Part shown: positions 1-7,160 of the stretch, one piece after another | Layout of the letters: every line of letters starts with the position of its first letter | Numbering within the stretch: position 1 is the stretch's first letter | NCBI RefSeq assembly: GCF_001945605.1 | Contig: NZ_MPKA01000064.1 | Coordinates: 6,833 to 38,832, forward strand | Source of the DNA: Dubosiella newyorkensis | GTDB lineage: Bacteria; Bacillota_I; Bacilli_A; Erysipelotrichales; Erysipelotrichaceae | Direction of reading: 5' to 3' | DNA: 32,000 bases | Position numbers and translations under genes: made by a program | Notes under the pieces: generated by a model | What the model saw: only the letters and a program-made list of their open reading frames with translations | Told to the model about the DNA's origin: nothing | Databases searched by the model: none

Positions 1-358
1 TCGAGGCTGAGAGAAACAATATATTTCTCTTTTCTTTCTTGAAGCCATTCCTGAACTGGTCCGTGGACTAATGTTCCATTGGTGGTAGTTTCAAAATAGG
101 TATTCCGATCCCCGTAAACATCTTCGATGTAGGAATCGATTTTTTTTAGGAGAGCAAAGTTTGCGAAGGGCTCTCCACCAAAAACTTCGATCAGTGCTGT
201 CTCGCCAGGAGGTATCTCCCCATAAAAACTGTCAATAATTTCTTTCGCGGTCTCCCAACTCATCTTTTTTTTATTCTTAAAGTGCTCGTAACAGTAGAGG
301 CAGTTTAGGTTACACTCTTCGGTTAATAAGAGCATGATTTTTTTTTGATCTTTATCCA
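1..358 (-). CDS. radical SAM peptide-modifying enzyme (anSME/SPASM-like); N-terminal 119 codons only, remainder lies left of the window
   Basis: Hand translation from ATG at 358-356: MDKDQKKIMLLLTEECNLNCLYCYEHFKNKKKMSWETAKEIIDSFYGEIPPGETALIEVFGGEPFANF...KYIVSLSL. Has the CxxxCxxC radical-SAM cluster motif (CNLNCLYC) and a GGEP motif. Missing from the ORF track because it has no stop inside the window. Confidence 0.8.
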
Positions 359-420
359 TAATCTTTTCCATTCTAATAACATAAAGTGAAGAGAAATGTT
401 TCTCCTCACTTATTTAGTAA

Positions 421-579
421 TTAATCCCATCCACAGGATTTCTTATGAGCTGTGCAACTGCAGCTATAAGCAGTAAAACCTGGGTCATACGAATATTCAG
501 TTTTATTCTGCGTTTTTTCTGCTTTCTGAATCATTGATTCAAGAGTTGCATAGTCTTCACTTGAAAAATGAAAACTCAT
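421..579 (-). CDS. 52-aa candidate RiPP precursor peptide (Cys/Trp-containing C-terminal core)
   Basis: Hand translation: MSFHFSSEDYATLESMIQKAEKTQNKTEYSYDPGFTAYSCSCTAHKKSCGWD, stop TAA at 423-421. SD AAAGGAG lies ~8 nt upstream of the ATG (579-577). The peptide ends 62 nt upstream of the rSAM start on the same strand. Too short for the ORF track. Confidence 0.55.
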   Translation of the reverse strand: MSFHFSSEDYATLESMIQKAEKTQNKTEYSYDPGFTAYSCSCTAHKKSCGWD

Positions 580-773
580 ACTGTTCTTCTCCTTTCTTGT
601 TTTCTAAGTTTGCAAAAGCAATTAAGCAAAAGTCATTCTATGCTTAACTACTTTGAAGCCCACAAACTATTCACTTGCTAAGTAACATTCATGAGCTTTA
701 TTCAAAGGAAGAATTTAAATAATCCTCCCTATTGAACGACAACACTATTACCATTTACGGCAGATTTATTTAG

Positions 774-983
774 CTATCGAACCAAGCGTATGATTGCGGT
801 CATTAACCACTTAAGGATAATTAGGCAAGTAGCTACATAACCTACTGCAAATCCAATCGCCGATCGAGCGATAAGTTTTCCGGTTCCCGGACCTTCGAGA
901 GCGGGAATTCTACCCACCATAAACTTATTGCCTACGTAAAAGGCAATAGCAGAATAGACGAGTATTACCAAAAGTCCTTCCAT
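774..983 (-). CDS. small (69 aa) two-TM membrane protein, unknown function
   Basis: Track ORF. SD AGGAGAAAG upstream. Two hydrophobic helices (LLVILVYSAIAFYV; FAVGYVATCLIILKWLM). Confidence 0.5.
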   Translation of the reverse strand: MEGLLVILVYSAIAFYVGNKFMVGRIPALEGPGTGKLIARSAIGFAVGYVATCLIILKWLMTAIIRLVR

Positions 984-1030
984 GATTCTCTTTCTCCTAT
1001 CCTCTATATCCTCTAGAAAAACGAATTTCG

Positions 1031-1414
1031 CTATTCGATTCCCGTTTGCTCAGTAAACTCTGAGTAGGGAATAGATTCCTCAGCATCAAATAATTTGTTC
1101 GCGAACTCAAATTGCTTTGAAGGGCTGTCAATCAAATCTTCTTCAACATAAAGAAATTCATCGCCCGTTTTCGTATACACAATCGTTGAATTTCCTAGTC
1201 TGCCGTAGTTCACTACGATATTGCTCGGTTGCATAGAAGTATGCATAATTTTTGAAAAAGCAAAGTAATCCTCAATGTTATCGACTGGTTTTTCTACAAC
1301 TAAGTAATCTGTTTCATTTTTGCTGCTTGTTATTGAAACCTCGTCGGTAGTTGAGCAACCGAGAATGCTCAGGCTCATGCCTATCAGTAGGAGGAGCCGA
1401 AGTGTCCTTTTCAT
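1031..1414 (-). CDS. putative lipoprotein, unknown function
   Basis: Track ORF. SD GAAGGAG. Signal peptide MKRTLRLLLLIGMSLSILGC with a lipobox-like ILGC. Confidence 0.65.
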   Translation of the reverse strand: MKRTLRLLLLIGMSLSILGCSTTDEVSITSSKNETDYLVVEKPVDNIEDYFAFSKIMHTSMQPSNIVVNYGRLGNSTIVYTKTGDEFLYVEEDLIDSPSKQFEFANKLFDAEESIPYSEFTEQTGIE

Positions 1415-1429
1415 TTTTTGCTCCTTCTA

Positions 1430-1759
1430 TCACTTGACTAAGTTTCCAAGCTCTTGAATTTTTTTAATCAAGCTTTTTTTAGGTATTGAAGCAGTGAAAC
1501 CAGAGAGTTGCATTTCGCCTGCACCAACATTTCCTATTCCTACCTGCACCCAGCCGTAAATATTGAGTGCATGATCAACTTGATCAAACGTAAGAAACTG
1601 CATGGCAGTTAGCGCACCTGTTCCTTTTTTATAAACGGGGTTCTTATCAAGGGGACTCTCAATTTGTTTAAATCCATTACTAAGACAAAAATTATTGATG
1701 ATTTGTGCGATGGTTTCTGGGTCTTTACTGGTAGTGTATGAGAACTTACTTCTAGACAT
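1430..1759 (-). CDS. hypothetical protein (109 aa)
   Basis: Track ORF. SD AAAGGAG 7 nt upstream. Its start overlaps the stop of the upstream gene by 8 nt, suggesting translational coupling. Confidence 0.55.
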   Translation of the reverse strand: MSRSKFSYTTSKDPETIAQIINNFCLSNGFKQIESPLDKNPVYKKGTGALTAMQFLTFDQVDHALNIYGWVQVGIGNVGAGEMQLSGFTASIPKKSLIKKIQELGNLVK

Positions 1760-2180
1760 TACTTGCTCCTTTGGTCATTTTTAGCCCCACTAAGCCTAAT
1801 ATTGCAGTAATAACATCAATATAAATTCCATTTTCAAAGCCTTCGCAGACCCTTAGGAACAGATACTGTATGTCTGAATCTACATTCCCTCTCATCATAG
1901 GTGGAACAATTGCGATGATTAGGAGTTCAACTATTAAACCCACACCAATTCCTGAAAGCTTCCCTGGTCTATTTCCTTGAGAAATAGCAAAGAGTATATA
2001 TAGGGCTTGAGCAACAACTATTAAGCCGACGACTGCAAACCAAATCGCATCTCCTGACGACATACCGTGCCAACCATCTAGGTTTCCTGACACTGAACCA
2101 AAATTCATCAGCAGGGAGGCGAGTATAGAACCAGTTAAACCAAGATAACCAATTAAAGCCAATATGTTTACTTTTTTCAT
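1752..2180 (-). CDS. multi-pass membrane protein (142 aa), unknown function
   Basis: Track ORF 1752..2261, trimmed to the internal ATG at 2180-2178 (MKKVNILALIGYLG...), which is preceded by AAGGAAGGGAG. About 4 hydrophobic segments. Confidence 0.6.
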   Translation of the reverse strand: MKKVNILALIGYLGLTGSILASLLMNFGSVSGNLDGWHGMSSGDAIWFAVVGLIVVAQALYILFAISQGNRPGKLSGIGVGLIVELLIIAIVPPMMRGNVDSDIQYLFLRVCEGFENGIYIDVITAILGLVGLKMTKGASNV

Positions 2181-2354
2181 TTTTCTCCCTTCCTTTAGAA
2201 TCCCCGACCATTCCCTCCTTTCTTTAGGTCTTTTTTTGTAGACTATTTTGAACATTACCAATGAACTTATTTAAAGTTTGAAATAAACACAATTAAGGGA
2301 TTAAAACCCGAATTATCAACTTTTTATTGACAAATTGCTGGACTAGTAAGATAA

Positions 2355-2401
2355 TGAAAAGCAAAATAAAAGATTCCCGAAAAGTCTACTTTAAGGGAAT
2401 C
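2355..2401 (-). terminator. rho-independent terminator of the recombinase gene
   Basis: GATTCCC (2372-2378) pairs with GGGAATC (2395-2401), with the stop codon in the loop. On the minus strand it is followed by TTTTATTTTGCTTTT. Confidence 0.45.
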
Positions 2402-2985
2402 CTTCTTTTTTTATACTTATAATAGGTGTTTTTGCTAATGCTAAAGTGTCGGCAAAGATCTTTAACAGTGACCTCGTGGGATTCACATTTTTTAACCCAC
2501 TCGTCAAATTCTTGAGGTAGTTCGAGCTCTGGTCTGCCAAATTTTACTCCACGTGCTTTTGCGGCAGCTATCCCCTCAGCTTGCCGTTTTTTTATTGCTT
2601 CTCTTTCCGTCTGGGCAACAAAAGAAAGAATCTGAAGGACAAGGTCAGCAATGAATGTGCCCATCAGATTCTTTTCGGTTCTTGTATCGAGTAACGGCAT
2701 ATCAACCACTACCATATCCACGCCATTTTCTTTAGTCAGGACCCGCCATTCCTTTTGGATCTCCTCATAGTTCCTGCCAAGCCTATCAATGCTATAGACA
2801 TAAACCACATCACCTGGCTTCAACTTTTTGATAAGTGCTTGATAGTTTGGGCGATTAAAGTCCTTTCCTGATTGTTTATCAATAAACAGATGGTCAGACT
2901 CAATCCCGAGTTCGCTCAGAGCATTAACTTGTCTTGCTTCGTTTTGATCCATGCTACTAACACGGATATAGCCATAAATTGCCAT
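2386..2985 (-). CDS. small serine recombinase (resolvase/invertase family) with C-terminal HTH
   Basis: MAIYGYIRVSSMDQNEARQ... has the catalytic Ser in the YxRVSS motif. Also RLGRN and a C-terminal HTH (VKDLCRHFSISKNTYYKY). Track ORF 2386..3117 trimmed to the ATG at 2985, which has the perfect SD AAAGAGGAGGAA. Confidence 0.85.
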   Translation of the reverse strand: MAIYGYIRVSSMDQNEARQVNALSELGIESDHLFIDKQSGKDFNRPNYQALIKKLKPGDVVYVYSIDRLGRNYEEIQKEWRVLTKENGVDMVVVDMPLLDTRTEKNLMGTFIADLVLQILSFVAQTEREAIKKRQAEGIAAAKARGVKFGRPELELPQEFDEWVKKCESHEVTVKDLCRHFSISKNTYYKYKKRRIPLK

Positions 2986-3160
2986 AAATTCCTCCTCTTT
3001 GGTTGTGATTGGTTTTAACTCATTCATCACAACTATTCGAGTAAGAATTCTGCTTTCTGTTAGATAGGAATCTGAGTGGATTTTCCTAAGAATAAGATCC
3101 TTCCAGAAAAGGGTCATGGCCGTATAATAGTCTGACAGATCTTTTGTTTTGGCTTGTTAG

Positions 3161-3475
3161 TCAAATAGCCATTTTTGCTGCTTTGTTCTGATTGTCCAGA
3201 AGTACTAATTTAGTGATTTCATCAGTATTTATAACAGGTTTCAGATATCCGCCCATAATCAAGTCAATCACTGGTAGCGGGTTTTCATAATCACCAACCC
3301 AGTCCCCGTAGCTAATCTGCCAAAAACCATCTTTACTGTAGCTCATCATCAGTTCGTCATTGAAGTCGACAACGACTTCGCCCTCTCTCAGGGTCGGATA
3401 GACCTCATCTGGTTCAGTGAGGATCTTTTCTGGGTTCCAGCGCTTTACGCCTTCCAGGATTGTATTTAGTTCCAT
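3161..3475 (-). CDS. hypothetical cytoplasmic protein (104 aa)
   Basis: Track ORF 3161..3523 trimmed to the ATG at 3475 (MELNTILEGVKRW...). No family recognised with confidence. Confidence 0.45.
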   Translation of the reverse strand: MELNTILEGVKRWNPEKILTEPDEVYPTLREGEVVVDFNDELMMSYSKDGFWQISYGDWVGDYENPLPVIDLIMGGYLKPVINTDEITKLVLLDNQNKAAKMAI

Positions 3476-4019
3476 TGTTTGTCCTTTCTTAGGACCAGTC
3501 CGTATCTTGCTTAAGCAATTCAATCATACAGGAATTCAGAAGTTTTACAAGAGCAATAATCGACGAATGTACTTTACCTAAAGCATATTTCAGTCATTTA
3601 TTCTTCATAAAAAAGTCACAAATCATTCATCTTAAAGAGAAATACCGGAGAGAAGTGCAAGTCTAAAACAGGATCATCTCTTATCCAGAAACCAAATTTC
3701 GGAATAGATTAGAAGCCGACCAAACTGGAAGGAAATCGTCCAGCATTGTGAGTTCCATGGAAGTTAGCATCTCTCATAAAAATCCGTTTGATGCAAAAAA
3801 TCTTACTGGACATTTCCTTGATGCATTTCTACAGATGTTAACGCAAAATTTACAGTCTTGACGCAAACTTCCGATTTTGTTGAGAGGGCATTTTCAGCCC
3901 TTAATACTGCTTGATTTACACTATTTTTTAGAGTTAGCAAATACCCGATACCTATCGCAGATTTAGCCTATTTTTTATGCGTTTATTGGTATCGGTTAGA
4001 CGTCTCGGTTTTCAAAGCG

Positions 4020-5162
4020 ATGGAAGATGAGCAAGTCGTCAAGATCCTTTTATGCTGTTCTTCCGGGTTCACGACTTCCTATTTTGCTCAACGCTTGAAT
4101 GAAGCCGCAAAGCAGCTAAGCCTAGACTATGAATTCGATGCCACTTCGTATTTTGATCTTTACTCAAGAGCGGAAGGATATGACATGATCTTGATCGCTC
4201 CGCAGATCGGTTACATGCTAAAGAAATTTAAAAAGGCGTTGCCAAAAAAACGGGTGTGTCAGATCCCGACTTCTTTGTTCGCCTCGTACAATACGGGGGC
4301 CACATTTTCCTTTATCCAAGAGCAGCTCAAGGAATATCGCCAACAAAGTCAAGAAAAGAACTCATTGTTCAGCGACTGCAGGCTAGATTGTCCTATGCAT
4401 CAAGAAACGGTGCTTGCGATCGCCGAATTGTATGATGGCAATTCGATCCAAGTCTATATCCATATTTATAAAAAGGGCGAAGTCCTTTTTGATGATGTCG
4501 TCATCAAACCAAACTTTCAAAAAGTCGTCTTGTTCGATTTGATCCAATACGCTCTTGGGCAAGTCGAGGGTGTCGATTTGATCGTGTTGGCCGTTCCTGG
4601 CATCATCAAAGAAGGGACGATCATCGATTTCCCGCAGCGAGGTCTTAAAAATTATCCGATGAAGAAGCGGATCGAAGAGCGATTCCATATCAAAACGACT
4701 TTGATCAACAACACCAACGCAATCGCGCTCGGTTTTGCCTACCTGCATCCGGAGCATGAGATCGTGACCTACCATTCGCAACCATATGGAAGAGCGATGG
4801 GCGGTCAAGGAACTGTCGTTCACCAAAATCTGATCAACGGCATAAGCGGGATCAGCGGCGAGATCAAATTCTTTTTGCCACGCATGCAGTTTTCAAATGA
4901 GCTCGCTCGTCTTGCTAAAACCGATTTTGGGACCCAGGAAATCGTGACCAACGCCTTGCTTCCGACGATTTCTTTGATCGGGCCCGATATTATCGTTTTA
5001 AGAGCGCCATTGATCAACGACTTAGAGGAATTGAAGAAGCGGATCGCCACCTTTATCCCATGTGACGCGATGCCTGAAATCGTCATGATCGAGGATATCA
5101 AGCCTTTTTTATTCCGCGGGATCGCCGAATACGCGTGCTCCTTTCTTCAAGAAACGGAATGA
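4020..5162 (+). CDS. fusion protein: PTS EIIB (lactose/cellobiose family) domain plus ROK-like ASKHA domain, with no HTH and no Zn motif
   Basis: N-terminal ~100 aa resemble ChbB/LicB: KILLCCSSGFTTS (phospho-Cys context) and MILIAPQIGYML (compare LLGPQIAYML). The C-terminal part is ROK-like: VLAVPGIIKEGTI, NNTNAIALGFAY, GGQGTVVHQNLINGISGISGEIKFF. The CxCGxxGC zinc motif is absent and the phosphate-1 DxGGT motif is degenerate (ELYDGNS). No obvious SD. Confidence 0.7.
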   Translation: MEDEQVVKILLCCSSGFTTSYFAQRLNEAAKQLSLDYEFDATSYFDLYSRAEGYDMILIAPQIGYMLKKFKKALPKKRVCQIPTSLFASYNTGATFSFIQEQLKEYRQQSQEKNSLFSDCRLDCPMHQETVLAIAELYDGNSIQVYIHIYKKGEVLFDDVVIKPNFQKVVLFDLIQYALGQVEGVDLIVLAVPGIIKEGTIIDFPQRGLKNYPMKKRIEERFHIKTTLINNTNAIALGFAYLHPEHEIVTYHSQPYGRAMGGQGTVVHQNLINGISGISGEIKFFLPRMQFSNELARLAKTDFGTQEIVTNALLPTISLIGPDIIVLRAPLINDLEELKKRIATFIPCDAMPEIVMIEDIKPFLFRGIAEYACSFLQETE

Positions 5163-5824
5163 AGTCTCGACTTTTTCATCGCTTCATAGCCGATCCAGAT
5201 CGTCCACATATAGGCGCATGTCTTAGGAATCATAAGCATCCCGATCATTGGGATCTTTTCCGCCCATAAGACGACCGGAATATAAAATGCGAAACTCAAT
5301 ACAATCGTAAGAGCCATCCATCGAAACGCGCGATCGCGCGTTTCTTTTACTTTCCAAGCGAATAGAAGGATGATCACCGCTCCCAAAAGCGCAAACGGCA
5401 CGTTTCGAATGATTCCCCAGGCGATTGGCGGATGGGCGTTGAGCCATTCATTTTGAGGAAACATGCAAAGAACGATCCGAACTAGCGCCAAGCCATAAAC
5501 GAGCGCGTTTAGTTTTGGCGTCTTTTTCATTCCATACCGTTTTTTCCAGACTTCAAACAACAAAACATAAAAGATCGTCATCGTGATCGATGTGATCCAT
5601 TTTCCAACACCTAAAGCCGCAGTATAGTTTTCTAGGCCCGTGGTGCATAAGGCGTACGCTCTCGGGATCAAATGGAACGCGTCTCCAGCACCCAAAACGA
5701 TTGCCATCCAGCCAAACAAACGATATTGCGAGCGTGGACGACTTCTTTTGATCATCAAGATCCCGATCACCGTCACGAACGCGAGATACAAAATATCAAA
5801 ACTAGTTTCGAAGACTGCTCTCAT
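5147..5824 (-). CDS. polytopic membrane protein (225 aa), unknown function
   Basis: Track ORF 5147..5953 trimmed to the ATG at 5824-5822, which forms an ATGA stop/start overlap with the upstream gene. About 7 TM segments. Its 3' end overlaps the convergent gene at 4020..5162 by 16 nt. Confidence 0.6.
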   Translation of the reverse strand: MRAVFETSFDILYLAFVTVIGILMIKRSRPRSQYRLFGWMAIVLGAGDAFHLIPRAYALCTTGLENYTAALGVGKWITSITMTIFYVLLFEVWKKRYGMKKTPKLNALVYGLALVRIVLCMFPQNEWLNAHPPIAWGIIRNVPFALLGAVIILLFAWKVKETRDRAFRWMALTIVLSFAFYIPVVLWAEKIPMIGMLMIPKTCAYMWTIWIGYEAMKKSRLHSVS

Positions 5825-6267
5825 TTGAGATCTCCTTTCCTTTTCTTTTGTACGATCGCTTTTCCATAGCTGCAGCCAAAAAGAAGGCCTGCCCAAAACA
5901 AAGAAGCGCCCAGTCCGGTATAAAACACCGCGATAAAGCTGGAGGGAAGCCAATGAAATGTACGAATCATGATCCCGCCAATCATCATGACGGCCATGAT
6001 GATATACGATTTTGCATCAAAGAACTTTAAGACAAATTGCTTTTCTTGAATATAGTCTAAGATGCGTTGGGTGTGTTTTTGAACGAGCTTGCCAAACACA
6101 AACCACTGAAACACGCAAAAGACAACGATCGATAAAGCGATCGTGTACCAATGGATATAGGGCGGATATTCTTGAAGCCCGATCCTTAAAATATTGAAGC
6201 CGGCAAAGATCCAGACGATCGATGCGATCAGCAACAAAGTCGTTTTTTGAACTTTCATCCTTTTCAT
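5821..6267 (-). CDS. 4-TM membrane protein (145-148 aa), unknown function
   Basis: Track ORF. The more likely start is the second ATG at 6258 (GGAG 9 nt upstream). It immediately follows the tetR stop (6271). Confidence 0.6.
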   Translation of the reverse strand: MKRMKVQKTTLLLIASIVWIFAGFNILRIGLQEYPPYIHWYTIALSIVVFCVFQWFVFGKLVQKHTQRILDYIQEKQFVLKFFDAKSYIIMAVMMIGGIMIRTFHWLPSSFIAVFYTGLGASLFWAGLLFGCSYGKAIVQKKRKGDLK

Positions 6268-6270
6268 CTC

Positions 6271-6831
6271 CTAGTCATAAAGCACGCGATGCACGATTTC
6301 AAGAACGATTTTTGGATCATACTCGCCTCTCAAAGCTAAACTTTGCAGCATGGAAAAGAGCGTGTGCGCGAATGCTTTTGGGGTAAAAGAAGCATTGAAC
6401 GCGTCTTTTCGGATCTTGGGATCTTTCATAAGAACGCTTATTAGACTTTCCTCGATATGGTCCCAGATTTTGTGCATATGTTTCTGCCCTTCTTTTTGTT
6501 CATTTTTCTCAAAGTAGATCGCGTGTAGTCGAAAAAAGTCGGGATATAGAGTTTGCGATTCTTCAAGTCTTTGCATGACCCATTCGATCCAAGCGTCTAC
6601 GTCTTTAGGCGAGCTCTCCATATTTGAAGGATGGAAGATCTCTAGCCAGACGCTTTCGATCGTCTCTGAAATAAGGTCCGTTTTTGAATCGAAATAGTTG
6701 TAGATCGATCCAATCGAAACGTGGCAGGCTTGGGCGATCGCTCGGATGCTGATAGATCGATATCCTTTTGTTTGCAGGATAGAGCGGGATTGTTTTAAGA
6801 TTTCTTGCTTGGATGTGACAATCGTATTCAT
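6271..6831 (-). CDS. TetR/AcrR family transcriptional regulator
   Basis: HTH SIRAIAQACHVSIGSIYNYFDSKTDL. Track ORF trimmed to the ATG at 6831 (SD GGGAGGAAC). Confidence 0.85.
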   Translation of the reverse strand: MNTIVTSKQEILKQSRSILQTKGYRSISIRAIAQACHVSIGSIYNYFDSKTDLISETIESVWLEIFHPSNMESSPKDVDAWIEWVMQRLEESQTLYPDFFRLHAIYFEKNEQKEGQKHMHKIWDHIEESLISVLMKDPKIRKDAFNASFTPKAFAHTLFSMLQSLALRGEYDPKIVLEIVHRVLYD

Positions 6832-6845
6832 AGTTCCTCCCAAAG

Positions 6846-6858
6846 TGAACATTGTTCA
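6846..6858. promoter_or_regulatory. perfect 6-1-6 palindrome TGAACA-T-TGTTCA, candidate TetR operator
   Basis: Seen directly, 15 nt upstream of the tetR start in the divergent tetR/ABC intergenic region. Confidence 0.45.
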
Positions 6859-7160
6859 TTATAGACTCTTTTGTTTCTTTGTCAAACTGGACACAAAAGT
6901 GATTTCTCTTTATTCATTGAATGATTAAATTTTTATTCGTTGCTTATATTTTATATTATTGCTTATTTTAAATATATATTATAATATTAATTCAACCGTT
7001 ATTCACGGATCCCTATCACAGGATAGAAAGGAGGCCCCTATGAAACAAAACATCACAAACTGGTCGAATGTATTCATGGTGTCTCCTTCTTTTTTTTCGA
7101 TAAGAGCGTTTCTTCATGAATCCATTGGCCCCCCTATTGTAAATAGAAAGGTCAAAAGGA

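Noticed and set aside
2327-2355. A plus-strand TTGACA-17-GATAAT promoter-like pair pointing antisense into the recombinase gene.
   Set aside because: It sits in an AT-rich spacer where such matches arise by chance. There is no plus-strand gene for 1.6 kb downstream. It might drive an antisense RNA, but there is no supporting structure.
2971-2990. A tandem 10-bp repeat GCCATAAATT x2 at the recombinase start.
   Set aside because: It simply encodes the canonical resolvase N-terminus M-A-I-Y-G-Y preceded by its SD spacer. It is not a slippage or phase-variation tract.
2986-3117. N-terminal extensions in track ORFs: 2986..3117, 3476..3523, 2181..2261, 5825..5953, 6832..6852, 8680..8766, 15720..15743, 20276..20308, 26433..26450.
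   Set aside because: The internal ATGs have proper SDs and/or match family N-termini. The extensions overlap upstream genes or begin at non-ATG codons.
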